In this document: positions 38,211-47,660 of the stretch, piece by piece
How the letters are laid out: the number at the start of each line of letters is the position of its first letter
Position numbering within the stretch: position 1 is the stretch's first letter
Assembly (NCBI GenBank): GCA_030693235.1
Contig: JAUYBE010000006.1
Coordinates: 71,189 to 135,188 of the forward strand
Source of the DNA: a bacterium
GTDB taxonomy: Bacteria; Patescibacteriota; Minisyncoccia; UBA6257; UBA9933
Length of the DNA stretch: 64,000 nucleotides
Direction: 5' to 3'
Program-made: the position numbers and the translations under genes
The notes under the pieces: generated by a model
Seen by the model: the letters and a program-made list of their open reading frames with translations, nothing else
Databases searched by the model: none
What the model was told of the DNA's origin: nothing

Positions 38211-38585
38211 ATGTTATTAGCTAATATTATAAAAGATAAATATCTCAGAGTGGTGGGCGTTCTCAGTGTTTTGGTCGTATTTTTGGCGGGAGCGGTTTTT
38301 TATTCTCAGCCAGAGGCTGATCCGCTTCAGGCGGAAAAACTCGGGCAAACGACAACGCCTTTAATTATTCGTTTTGAGGCCGATAAAGATATTGATTTTT
38401 TGGCCGGCCGGATGGAAGTTCTCGGAATTTTATTGTCCGCTTTGACAATAATTTTAATTAATTTCTTTTTAGCTAATTTTCTTTATCGTCGCGAAAGATT
38501 TCTTTCTTATATTTTCAGTTTTGCCAGCTTGGTTATCGCGGTATTGATTTTAATAATAATATCTGTTATTGTTTCTGTAAATTGA
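38211..38585 (+). CDS. Hypothetical membrane protein
   Basis: ORF track entry. Three hydrophobic helices. Confidence 0.4.
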   Translation: MLLANIIKDKYLRVVGVLSVLVVFLAGAVFYSQPEADPLQAEKLGQTTTPLIIRFEADKDIDFLAGRMEVLGILLSALTIILINFFLANFLYRRERFLSYIFSFASLVIAVLILIIISVIVSVN

Positions 38586-38593
38586 ACAAAAAT

Positions 38594-38902
38594 ATGGCAT
38601 TCGCTATTATCCAAACTGGAGGAAAGCAGTATAAAATTTCTGCCGGACAAAAAATCAAGATTGAAAAATTAAACGCCAATGAAGGCGAAAATTTTATTTT
38701 TAACGAAGTTTTATTATCAGCCGACGCTGAAGATGTTAAAATCGGCAGTCCTTATATTGAAGGAGCGAAAGTAGAAGCTAAAATCTTGAAACAAGGGAAA
38801 AGCAGAAAAAAAATAGTCTTTAAATATCATTCAAAGACAAGATACAGAAAGAAAAAAGGACACAGGCAACAGTATACGGAAGCGGAAATAATTAAAATTT
38901 AA
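38594..38902 (+). CDS. rplU: Ribosomal protein bL21
   Basis: Sequence MAFAIIQTGGKQYKISAGQKIKIEKL...K.HSKTRYRKKKGHRQ matches L21. Confidence 0.9.
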   Translation: MAFAIIQTGGKQYKISAGQKIKIEKLNANEGENFIFNEVLLSADAEDVKIGSPYIEGAKVEAKILKQGKSRKKIVFKYHSKTRYRKKKGHRQQYTEAEIIKI

Positions 38903-39579
38903 TTTCTGCGCTCTAATGCAGAAGTAAGTGTTTCTTCGTCGGCGAATTCTATTTCTCCGCCGGTCGGAATGCCGCGTCCCAAGCGAGTGATTTTTTTGGC
39001 GAAAGGCGAAAGTTCTTTGGCAATCACTGAAAAATTGAGATCGCCGTATGTGGTGGGGTTGAAAGCGATAATAATTTCTTCGGCTTGCCCGAATTCTTTC
39101 TTAATCCGATTTTTAAGATGGTTCAGCCGAAGTTTCTGGCTGCTTTCCAAAAATCCGGTTTTGGCGAATTCGCCCAAAATCAAATAATGGCCTTTAAACT
39201 TCTTGGTCCGTTCCAAAGAAATCAAATCAGTTTCTTTTTCAATGATGGCAATGATATCTTTTTGACGGTTTTGGTCTAAACAAATATTACAAAGATTAAT
39301 TCCGCGTTTATCCGCGTTCAGTCTGCGCGAGTCTGCGTCGTATACGAAAAAACATTCAGAACAGATTTTTAAATATTTCAAATCAGAAATCGCTTTGGCG
39401 GTTTCTTCAATTCGGTTCCGACCGCTGTTGATTAATTTAAAAGCCAAGCGAGTCGCTTGACGAATGCCGATGCCCGGCAAAGTTGAGAAAATTTGAATAA
39501 ATGTTTTAATTGGATCAGGTAGCATATAATAATAATAATGAATATTCGCAATTTTGTCATCATTGCGCACATAGACCAC
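38899..39579 (-). CDS. recR: Recombination protein RecR, with an in-frame repeat insertion
   Basis: HhH sequence LPGIGIRQATRLAF. C4 zinc finger C..C...C. Toprim domain with a DxD-like pattern. Confidence 0.85.
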   Translation of the reverse strand: MVYVRNDDKIANIHYYYYMLPDPIKTFIQIFSTLPGIGIRQATRLAFKLINSGRNRIEETAKAISDLKYLKICSECFFVYDADSRRLNADKRGINLCNICLDQNRQKDIIAIIEKETDLISLERTKKFKGHYLILGEFAKTGFLESSQKLRLNHLKNRIKKEFGQAEEIIIAFNPTTYGDLNFSVIAKELSPFAKKITRLGRGIPTGGEIEFADEETLTSALERRN

Positions 39580-41355
39580 GGGAAATCGACTTTAGCCGAC
39601 CGGTTTTTGGAATTAACCGGTGCCGTTGAATTGCGTCAGATGAAAGCGCAATATCTCGACCAATTGGAGCTTGAAAGAGAGCGGGGGATTACGATAAAAA
39701 TGGCGCCTGTGCGAATGACCTATACCCTAAACGCTATACCCTATACCCTAAACTTAATTGATACGCCAGGACATAGTGATTTTTCTTACGAAGTTTCTCG
39801 GGCTTTGGCCGCGGTTGAGGGCGCGATTTTATTGGTGGACGCCGTTCAGGGAGTTCAGGCGCAAACTTTGGCTAATTTGGAAAACGCCAAAAAAGTCGGT
39901 TTGACCGTTATCGGCGCGGTTAATAAAATCGACGTCGCTTCTCCCGAGCAGATTAAAAATTCAATAAACGAATTGACGCGGCTTTTGAATGTCGGTCCCG
40001 AAGAAATTTTTAAAATTTCCGGCAAAACCGGAGAAGGTGTGGAGGAATTATTAGAAGCAATAATAAGAGAAATTCCTCCACCGAAATTTCCGCGTGAGTC
40101 CGCGTTAAGTCCGCGAGATTTCGCGATCAATGCGCGAGCATTGATATTTGATTCCCTCTACGACGAGCATAAAGGCGTTATCGCTTTTGTTCGGGTTTTT
40201 AACGGCGAATATAAAGCCGGCGACGAAACAAAACTTGTCGTTGCCAATGAAAAATTCAAAATCAAAGAAGTCGGCGTTTTTTCTCCGCAATTAAAATCAA
40301 CGGATAAATTATCAGCCGGCGAAATCGGTTATATCGCCACTGGCATTAAAAATCCAGATAAATTAAAAATCGGCGACACTGTTGGAGAAAGCGCTTTGCT
40401 TGGCTATCAAGAACCCAAGTCGGTGGTTTTCGTTTCTCTTTATCCGGACGAAGAATCGCAGTACGATGATTTAAAAATCGGCCTTCAAAAATTGAAACTT
40501 AATGACTCCAGTTTGACTTTTTCTCCGGACACCAACGAAGTTTTGGGCAGGGGATTTAAATGCGGTTTTTTGGGAAAACTTCATTTTGAAATTGCCGCCG
40601 AAAGATTGGAAAGGGAATTTAACATAAAAACAGTTTCAACGTTTCCGTCTGTCGCTTATAAAATAATCACGAAACAAGGAGAAAGAATTATCGAAAACGC
40701 CGATGAATTGCCAGCCGATTATTTGGAAATTTTTCAGCCGATGATAAAAATTGAAATTATCGCGCCGTTGAAATATTTAAGCAATGTTTTGCGTCTTAAA
40801 GAATCTTTCAAAATGGAAAATATCAAAACCGAAAATTTGCCTGCCCGCATTGCTACGCAAAGCGTTGCGGGCGGGGAAGACAAAATTTTAATAAGATTGA
40901 ATATGCCGCTTTCAAGTTTGATCGCCGATTTTGACGACCGGCTGAAATCAATTTCCGAAGGAATGGTTTCTTTCAGTTATGAACTGGGCGATTATCAAAA
41001 AGCCGAATTGGAAAAAGTGGAAATTTTGGTCGCCGGTCTTCCCGTGCCCGGTCTGACCAGGCTTATTTATAAAGATGAATTAGAAATAAAGCCCCGGCAA
41101 TTGCTCCAGAAACTAAAAGAATTTTTGCCGCGCCAGCAATTTGTTCAAGCTCTTCAAGCGGTGGCCGGAAGCAAAATTATCGCTCGCGAAACGATTCCGG
41201 CGATGAAAAAAGACGTGACGGGCTATTTATACGGCGGCGACCGGACCAGAAAAATGAAGCTTTGGCAGAAACAAAAGAAAGGCAAGAAAAAACTGTTGCA
41301 AAGGACTTCCGGAGTCAAAATCCCTGTAAAAATCTTCAAGGATTTGTTAAAGTAA
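39538..41355 (+). CDS. lepA: Elongation factor 4 (LepA), with at least three in-frame repeat insertions
   Basis: Sequence IRNFVIIAHIDHGKSTLADR...DTPGHSDF...NKID plus the LepA C-terminal domain. Confidence 0.9.
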   Translation: MNIRNFVIIAHIDHGKSTLADRFLELTGAVELRQMKAQYLDQLELERERGITIKMAPVRMTYTLNAIPYTLNLIDTPGHSDFSYEVSRALAAVEGAILLVDAVQGVQAQTLANLENAKKVGLTVIGAVNKIDVASPEQIKNSINELTRLLNVGPEEIFKISGKTGEGVEELLEAIIREIPPPKFPRESALSPRDFAINARALIFDSLYDEHKGVIAFVRVFNGEYKAGDETKLVVANEKFKIKEVGVFSPQLKSTDKLSAGEIGYIATGIKNPDKLKIGDTVGESALLGYQEPKSVVFVSLYPDEESQYDDLKIGLQKLKLNDSSLTFSPDTNEVLGRGFKCGFLGKLHFEIAAERLEREFNIKTVSTFPSVAYKIITKQGERIIENADELPADYLEIFQPMIKIEIIAPLKYLSNVLRLKESFKMENIKTENLPARIATQSVAGGEDKILIRLNMPLSSLIADFDDRLKSISEGMVSFSYELGDYQKAELEKVEILVAGLPVPGLTRLIYKDELEIKPRQLLQKLKEFLPRQQFVQALQAVAGSKIIARETIPAMKKDVTGYLYGGDRTRKMKLWQKQKKGKKKLLQRTSGVKIPVKIFKDLLK

Positions 41356-41359
41356 GCAG

Positions 41360-41620
41360 ATGAGATTCGTAATAATCATAATTTTATCAATAATTTTAAT
41401 CGCCGTTTTAATTCAGGCGTATTTTATTTTAAAAGAGCGCGACCAATTAAAAATCAAAATGGACGATTTAAATAGCCGCTTCAGCGCTTTATCGAAAGAA
41501 AATTCTCACATTCAATCCGAGATTGAATATTTTTCCTATCCGGAAAATTTGGAAAAAGAATTAAGAGCCAGATTTAATTATAAAAAACCCGGCGAAAAAA
41601 TGATAATTATTACGCCATGA
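41360..41620 (+). CDS. FtsB/DivIC-like septum formation initiator family protein
   Basis: N-terminal TM, then a short coiled-coil LKERDQLKIKMDDLNSRFSALSKEN. Confidence 0.5.
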   Translation: MRFVIIIILSIILIAVLIQAYFILKERDQLKIKMDDLNSRFSALSKENSHIQSEIEYFSYPENLEKELRARFNYKKPGEKMIIITP

Positions 41621-42195
41621 ATAAAAAGAAAATTATTTTTATAATATCGTCTGTCATTGTCATTGTCATAGTCATTGTCATTTTTACTCAATCCTATCCC
41701 ATTGTTTTGGTAAATTGGCGGCCGATTAGTTTAAAGTCTTTCAAAAAAGACGTTTTAATCGCCGTAAGTTATTACCGAAAGGCTTTGGAAACTTATGATA
41801 AAAATCAGGCGGCGGTTATGAATTCAAAAGAAGTAAAACAAAAAATCGAACGCGCGGTTTTGGATAAACTAATTGAAGACAATCTGATTCAAAGGGAATT
41901 GGAAAAACGGCTTAAAAATAACGAACTTGAGAAAATGGTGAATGATAAAATCGAAGAGGCGCTTAAAGGAAAGGATATCAGGAAAGAAGTTGAAACGCTT
42001 TTCGGCGTTTCTCTATACGAGCTTAAAGAACGATTCTTAAAACCGCGAGCAAGGTGGGAAATTTTTGAATCAAGATTGGCATTGGAGAATAAAAATATTA
42101 ACGATTGGTTAAAAGAAATAAAATCAGAAGCCGGCGTGATGATTTTTTTCCCGGGTTTTGAGTGGAACGGAGAAGGGGTTATAATTAAAAAGTAG
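41617..42195 (+). CDS. Hypothetical membrane-anchored protein
   Basis: ORF track entry. N-terminal TM. Weak SurA-N-like helical character. Confidence 0.4.
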   Translation: MNKKKIIFIISSVIVIVIVIVIFTQSYPIVLVNWRPISLKSFKKDVLIAVSYYRKALETYDKNQAAVMNSKEVKQKIERAVLDKLIEDNLIQRELEKRLKNNELEKMVNDKIEEALKGKDIRKEVETLFGVSLYELKERFLKPRARWEIFESRLALENKNINDWLKEIKSEAGVMIFFPGFEWNGEGVIIKK

Positions 42196-42203
42196 AAAAT
42201 AAT

Positions 42204-43208
42204 ATGAAAAAAATATTGAACAAAGACAATAGAGGCGAGATTGTTATTTATAAGACCGCAAAAAATGAGGTTAGATTGGATGTGCGATTAGAAGCGGAGA
42301 CGGTATGGCTGACACAAAAGCAAATGGCTTTTCTTTTTGATAAGGACATAAGAACAGTAAACGAGCATATTAAAAATATTTTTATAGAAGGAGAATTAAA
42401 GAAAAATTCAGTTGTCCGGAATTTCCGGATAACTGCCCCTGATGGAAAAAAATATGATACGAATTTTTATAATCTTGATGTTATTATTTCTATTGGTTAT
42501 AGAATTAAATCCCGAAGAGGCACTCAATTCCGCATCTGGGCGACTAAAACATTAAAAAACCACCTGATCAAAGGCTACACTATCAATGAAAAGCGACTCC
42601 TGGAAGCGCGGGGAAAATTCCGCGAACTTCAAACTGCCATCGCTTTTTTACGAGAGAAATCTAAAAAGGAATTATTACAGGGACAAGAAGGAGAAATTTT
42701 AAGCCTTTTGGCGAATTACGCCAAAACTCTAACTTTATTGGAAGAATATGACAAAGGAAAACTAAAAGATGGAAAAGGCGCGAGAACTAAATTTATTTTG
42801 ACTTACGAAAATTGCTTGCGGGTGGTGGGAGAATTAAAAAAAGAATTGATTATTAAAAAAGAAGCGGGGAACCTTTTTGGCGCCTTGCGAGACAATAGTT
42901 TCGAAGGAATTATTAAAGGACTTTATCAATCTTTTGGCGGAAGACAATTATATTCGACAATCGAAGACAAAGCGTCTCATATACTCTATTTGATTATTAA
43001 GGACCATCCTTTTTCCGACGGCAATAAACGCTCGGGAGCGTTTTTGTTCGTCTATTTTTTGGATAAGGCAAATTATTTACATCGCGAAAACGGGGAGAGA
43101 AAAATCAATGACAACGCCTTAACAGCGCTGGCGCTTTTAATTGCCGAAAGCGATCCAAAAGAAAAAGAAGTGATGATAAAAATAATTAAAAATTTAATCG
43201 CAAAATAA
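42204..43208 (+). CDS. RhuM-family N-domain fused to a Fic/Doc domain (putative AMPylation/toxin-type protein)
   Basis: N-terminus VWLTQKQMAFLF...NLDVIISIGYRIKSRRGTQFRIWATKTLK is RhuM-like. The C-terminal HPFSDGNKRSGAF is the Fic motif HPFx[DE]GNxR. Confidence 0.8.
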   Translation: MKKILNKDNRGEIVIYKTAKNEVRLDVRLEAETVWLTQKQMAFLFDKDIRTVNEHIKNIFIEGELKKNSVVRNFRITAPDGKKYDTNFYNLDVIISIGYRIKSRRGTQFRIWATKTLKNHLIKGYTINEKRLLEARGKFRELQTAIAFLREKSKKELLQGQEGEILSLLANYAKTLTLLEEYDKGKLKDGKGARTKFILTYENCLRVVGELKKELIIKKEAGNLFGALRDNSFEGIIKGLYQSFGGRQLYSTIEDKASHILYLIIKDHPFSDGNKRSGAFLFVYFLDKANYLHRENGERKINDNALTALALLIAESDPKEKEVMIKIIKNLIAK

Positions 43209-43223
43209 TCGCGTTAGGAATTC

Positions 43224-43262
43224 GCGGATGTAGTACAGTGGCAGTATATGACATTTTTCACG
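43224..43262 (+). pseudogene. 5' fragment of a tRNA (acceptor gcggatg plus D-arm gtac-agtggca-gtat) with no anticodon or T-arm
   Basis: Resembles the 5' third of the adjacent tRNA-Gly and then diverges. Confidence 0.5.
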
Positions 43263-43279
43263 CAATCCCATTCAATTTT

Positions 43280-43350
43280 GCGAGAGTAGTATAGTGGCAA
43301 TACGCTAGCTTCCCAAGCTAGGAACGCGGGTTCGATTCCCGTCTCTCGCT
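43280..43350 (+). tRNA. tRNA-Gly (CCC)
   Basis: Manual fold: acceptor gcgagag/ctctcgc perfect. Anticodon stem ctagc/gctag, loop ttCCCaa. T-arm gcggg-ttcgatt-cccgt. Confidence 0.8.
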
Positions 43351-43366
43351 CAGATTAAGCAAAATT

Positions 43367-43450
43367 GCTGCGGGACCAAGGTTGAGACGCGGGCTCGCCC
43401 CGTAATTCAATTAATTGAATTTACGGGGTTCGATTCCCATTACCCGCTCA
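43367..43450 (+). ncRNA. tRNA-like element with a T-arm (ggggttcgattccc) and a 27-nt perfect palindrome (ccgtaattcaatt-a-attgaatttacgg). It could not be folded into a canonical tRNA
   Basis: T-loop consensus and a GC-rich 5' segment gcgggac..gcgggctcgcc. The acceptor pairing is imperfect. Confidence 0.3.
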
Positions 43451-43505
43451 AAATAATAAAAAATTCCAAGCTTTTGGCGAGTATTAGAAAGTGGTAGAAT
43501 AAAGT

Positions 43506-44174
43506 ATGAAAATAAAGGATTTACCAAAAATTGAGCGGCCGCGAGAAAAACTAATCGCGAAAGGAGCCGAGAATTTGAAGGACTCGGAACTTTTGGCGAT
43601 TCTCTTACGGACCGGTAAAACCGGGAAAAATGTGATTGAAATCGCTTCCCAGATTTTAACTAAGCATTCCAAGAAACGGCTTTTGCAAATGACCTATGAG
43701 GATTTATTGAAAATCGGCGGAATTGATTCCGCAAAAGCCACGACACTTCTTGCCGCTTTTGAGCTATCCAAGCGCGCGATTGAAGTTAATGACACGAATT
43801 TACCGACCATCGTTACCTCTAAAGATGTCGTGGCTCAATTGACCGAACTGCGCCACAACAAAAAAGAGCATTTTATCGCTCTGTACCTAAACGCCAGAAA
43901 TCAGCTGGTGCATAAAGAAACGATTTCAATAGGAACTCTGAATGCTAATCTCGTCCATCCGCGCGAAGTTTTCGAGCCGGCCATTAGGCATTCGGCCGCC
44001 AATATTATAGTTGCGCATAATCATCCTTCCGGAGATCCGAAACCGTCAGAAGACGATTTGGAGATTACAAAGCGATTAACGGAGGCAGGCAAGATAATGG
44101 GCGTTGAACTTTTGGATCATGTCATTATCGCGACAAACAGCGTTTTTAGTTTTAAGGATGAAAAGTTGTTATGA
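43506..44174 (+). CDS. radC: RadC-family JAB/MPN domain protein
   Basis: N-terminal HhH-like region. The C-terminal JAMM-like motif HNHPSGDPKPSEDD is diagnostic for RadC/UPF0758. Confidence 0.85.
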   Translation: MKIKDLPKIERPREKLIAKGAENLKDSELLAILLRTGKTGKNVIEIASQILTKHSKKRLLQMTYEDLLKIGGIDSAKATTLLAAFELSKRAIEVNDTNLPTIVTSKDVVAQLTELRHNKKEHFIALYLNARNQLVHKETISIGTLNANLVHPREVFEPAIRHSAANIIVAHNHPSGDPKPSEDDLEITKRLTEAGKIMGVELLDHVIIATNSVFSFKDEKLL

Positions 44175-45742
44175 GCACCAATATAAAAGATTTGGAAAAT
44201 AGATTATGGGAGGCGGCGGATCATATGCGCGCTAATTCACCGTTGCGCCTCAACGAATTTGCCGAGCCGGTCTTGGGTTTGATTTTCCTTAAGTTCGCGG
44301 GAGTAAGACACAATAAAGTCGCCGAAGAAATAGCCGAGGAAAGAAAAAAGAAAACCAAATCCTATGGCAGGGCTTCGGTTTCTCGCGAGCGGCCGGTATC
44401 ATCTGCCGATTATCATGCGCGTGGTGTATTGTTTGTTCCGGAAAAAGCTCGATTTTCATATCTCATAGAGTTGCCGGAAGGAGCGGACATGGGCAAGGCC
44501 GTTAATGACGCGATGAAAGAGATTGAAGCGGAAAATAAAGAGCTTGCCGGTATCTTGCCGAAAACATTTCAAAAACTTGATAATCGATCCATAATCGCGC
44601 TTCTAAAAAATTTCAATCAGATTCCAGACAATATTGAGGGCGATGCGTTCGGGAGAATCTACGAATACTTTCTTGGCAAATTCGCGTTAGCGGACGGCTC
44701 GCGCGGAGGCGAATTTTTTACGCCGACAAGTATAGTTAAACTCATCGTAGAAATCATTGAGCCGTATCAAGGCAGAATTTACGATCCGGCTTGCGGCTCC
44801 GGCGGGATGTTTGTGCAGTCGCACGAATTTGTAAAGCGGCACCTTGAGAACGGACAGAAGACAAGAGCTTCGCGTAAGATTGCGATTTACGGCCAAGAAA
44901 AAACAGACCAGACCGTTCGCATCGCAAAAATGAACCTTGCGATTCACGGCCTTTCTGGAGACATTCGCGAAGGTAATACCTATTACGAGGATCGCCATAA
45001 GAGTTTGGGCAAATTTGATTTCACGATGGCCAATCCTCCTTTTAATGTGAGCGGAATTGATTATGAACGGATAAAAGATGACCCTCGTTTTCCGTATGGC
45101 CTACCTAAGTCGGGAAATAAAGGAACAGACAATGGTAATTATCTTTGGATACAAATATTTTTAAGTTCGTTGAATAAAAATGGACGGACTGGTTTTGTGA
45201 TGTCTAATGCGGCAGGTGACGCTGGGCACAGAGAAAAAGAAATTCGTCAAAAATTAATTGAAGATGGGGTTGTGGACGTAATGGTCGCTGTTGGCCCTAA
45301 TATGTTTTACAATGTTCCACTTTCGGTAACCTTGTGGTTTTTGGACAGAGGCAAAAATAAGACAAATAGAAAGGATAAAATTCTTTTTATTGACGCGCGG
45401 AATATTTTTACTCCAATCCCAGACGACAGAGTAAAAAGATATTGGACCGATGAGCAAATAGAGCAAATCGCAAGCATTGTCCGAAGTTATCGCGGCGAGA
45501 ACGGAAAGAAATATCAAAATGTTAAGGGGCTTTGCAAAATAGCAACGATTGATGAAGTTAAAAAAGCCGGCTACTCACTCAACCCCGGCCGTTATGTTGG
45601 CGCTACCGACAACGGAAATGGAGACGACGGAAATTTCAAAGAAAAGGTTGAAAACCTTCACGGCGAATTTAAGGAACTAACCGACGACGCGCACAAACTG
45701 GAGAAAAACATTTTTGATAATTTGAAGAAATTAGATATATGA
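44171..45742 (+). CDS. hsdM: Type I restriction-modification system, DNA methyltransferase subunit M
   Basis: N6-adenine MTase motifs: motif I DPACGSGGM, motif IV NPPFN, and the HsdM N-terminal domain. The start overlaps the radC stop (ATGA). Confidence 0.9.
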   Translation: MSTNIKDLENRLWEAADHMRANSPLRLNEFAEPVLGLIFLKFAGVRHNKVAEEIAEERKKKTKSYGRASVSRERPVSSADYHARGVLFVPEKARFSYLIELPEGADMGKAVNDAMKEIEAENKELAGILPKTFQKLDNRSIIALLKNFNQIPDNIEGDAFGRIYEYFLGKFALADGSRGGEFFTPTSIVKLIVEIIEPYQGRIYDPACGSGGMFVQSHEFVKRHLENGQKTRASRKIAIYGQEKTDQTVRIAKMNLAIHGLSGDIREGNTYYEDRHKSLGKFDFTMANPPFNVSGIDYERIKDDPRFPYGLPKSGNKGTDNGNYLWIQIFLSSLNKNGRTGFVMSNAAGDAGHREKEIRQKLIEDGVVDVMVAVGPNMFYNVPLSVTLWFLDRGKNKTNRKDKILFIDARNIFTPIPDDRVKRYWTDEQIEQIASIVRSYRGENGKKYQNVKGLCKIATIDEVKKAGYSLNPGRYVGATDNGNGDDGNFKEKVENLHGEFKELTDDAHKLEKNIFDNLKKLDI

Positions 45743-46404
45743 AGAAGAAAGAAATAAAGACATATACTCCCGATGAGGTACGACAAAAAATCTTGTTGTA
45801 TTTGGGAGAGTGCCGTAGAAAGGCGCGCGGCCTGGATTCTTTGATGGCTTCCAGTTCGGACGTAAAAAAAGCGATGGCTAAAGAAGATATTAGCCAAAAC
45901 GATGCGGTGCAAAATTTGGACTACCTCGTTCAACATGGTTGGGTGGACGAAAAGATTATAAAGCGTCCATATAAAACCCCAAAAGGTTTTGAGGTACCAA
46001 ACGAAAAACATCTGTTCGGTCTGTCAGAGATAGGTCTTAAGTACAACGAAGGAGAATCCGAATTTGACCGCACCAGCGTCTTTTCAGGTATCAATATTAA
46101 TACCATTGGTGGAGTAACGGTGGTGGGATCGAATAATGTTGTCAGAAACGAATTCGTCGATGTACTTCGCGCTTTTAATCAGTTAGAGGGTGTTGTGAAA
46201 ATATCTGACAAGCTTTCCGAAGAACAAAAGCTTAATGTACAGGCGGACATCCAAACGATTAAAAATCAGTTGTCCAAATCGCAACCAGATAAAACTATTG
46301 TGCAAAAAGTAATGGAGAGTATTTCGTTCGTCGGTTCACTGCCTGGAGCCGTCGAAGTTTTTAAGGTTGCGACACAAGCCGTGCAAAGGATTTTAGGTTT
46401 ATGA
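45739..46404 (+). CDS. Hypothetical protein X (221 aa), embedded between hsdM and hsdS with overlapping stop/start codons on both sides
   Basis: ORF track entry. Its ATG overlaps the hsdM TGA, and its TGA overlaps the hsdS ATG. No recognisable motif; the N-terminus could be winged-helix-like. Confidence 0.6.
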   Translation: MKKKEIKTYTPDEVRQKILLYLGECRRKARGLDSLMASSSDVKKAMAKEDISQNDAVQNLDYLVQHGWVDEKIIKRPYKTPKGFEVPNEKHLFGLSEIGLKYNEGESEFDRTSVFSGININTIGGVTVVGSNNVVRNEFVDVLRAFNQLEGVVKISDKLSEEQKLNVQADIQTIKNQLSKSQPDKTIVQKVMESISFVGSLPGAVEVFKVATQAVQRILGL

Positions 46405-47660
46405 ACACGCAAATCAAAACAACTTGGCGGAAGGTGAAATTAGGAGATGTTGCAAATGTCTTGCCAGGTTTTGCATTTAAGAGTTCGGAGTTTAAAAAGG
46501 ACGGCGACATACCAGTTATTAAGATCAAAAATATTACTGACGATCTAAATGTTTCTATGGAAAACGGGGAGTATCTTGATGAATCTGCTTTGAATGAAAA
46601 AACCAAAAAATATTTGATTAGCAATAGCGACATATTAGTTGCGATGACGGGGGCGACGGCGGGGAAAGTTGGCAAGTTTCGATCAAATAAAAAAGCGTTA
46701 CTGAACCAGCGTGTCGCAAAAATCAGCCCCAAAAATATTGATGCGAATTTTTTATGGATTCTGTTGGGCAATAAAGATGCAATCAATCTTTTATATCGAC
46801 TTGCCGATGGAGCCGCACAACCGAACATGAGTGGTGGACAGATAGAAAATCTTGAGTTCAGAATACCTGCACGGATTGAGGATCAAAAACAAATCGCCGA
46901 TGTTCTTTCCGCATACGACGATCTGATCGAAAACAACACGAAGCGGATTAAGATTTTGGAACAAATCGCGCAGGCGATTTATAAGGAGTGGTTTGTTTCT
47001 CCAGTGAATGGTGGCAATCTGCCAAATGGATGGAAAAATGTCGCTCTCCGAGATGCTATTGAATCCTATATAGGTGGTGGATGGGGCAAAGAAGAACCTG
47101 ATGATAATTATCCAAGTCCCGCATATGTTATCCGCGGTACGGATATACCAAACGCGGCAATGGGTAACATCTCTACTTGCCCACTTAGATATCACAAGCC
47201 TTCGAATTTGCGCGTCAGGGTTTTGCAAGGTGGTGATTTAGTGTTTGAGGTGTCGGGCGGTAGCAAGGGACAACCGGTAGGGCGATCTCTATTAATAACA
47301 ACCAATCTTCTTGGTCAATTTAAGCAAAATGTAATTTGCGCAAGTTTTTGTAAATTGATCCGGCCAAATCGAAGCAAGATTTCGCCATTCCAACTATATG
47401 AACAGATACTGAGCTGGTACGAAAATGGAGTTATTGAAAAATATCAGGTTCAATCTACGGGCATAAGCAACTTTAAGTTTGAATCGTTTATTGAGGAGGA
47501 GAAAATTACATTACCGCCAGATGGGATAAGAGAAAAATTTGATCATTCAATATCCCCTTTGTTTGATGAAATTTATTCACTGGGAAATCAAAATCAAAAC
47601 CTCCGCCAAGCCCGAGATTTGCTTTTGCCGAAGTTAGTAAGTGGGGAAATAAAAGTATGA
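46401..47660 (+). CDS. hsdS: Type I restriction-modification system, specificity subunit S (two target-recognition domains)
   Basis: Duplicated TRD architecture with conserved central and C-terminal coiled-coil spacers (LLPKLVSGEI-type ending). Sits between hsdM and hsdR. Confidence 0.85.
   Translation: MNTQIKTTWRKVKLGDVANVLPGFAFKSSEFKKDGDIPVIKIKNITDDLNVSMENGEYLDESALNEKTKKYLISNSDILVAMTGATAGKVGKFRSNKKALLNQRVAKISPKNIDANFLWILLGNKDAINLLYRLADGAAQPNMSGGQIENLEFRIPARIEDQKQIADVLSAYDDLIENNTKRIKILEQIAQAIYKEWFVSPVNGGNLPNGWKNVALRDAIESYIGGGWGKEEPDDNYPSPAYVIRGTDIPNAAMGNISTCPLRYHKPSNLRVRVLQGGDLVFEVSGGSKGQPVGRSLLITTNLLGQFKQNVICASFCKLIRPNRSKISPFQLYEQILSWYENGVIEKYQVQSTGISNFKFESFIEEEKITLPPDGIREKFDHSISPLFDEIYSLGNQNQNLRQARDLLLPKLVSGEIKV

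Noticed and set aside
45739-46404. Protein X considered as a split N-terminal fragment of HsdS
   Set aside because: HsdS at 46401.. already has two complete TRDs and conserved spacers, and X has no HsdS-like conserved-region repeats. X is kept as an independent gene of unknown function, though this could not be verified without profile searches.
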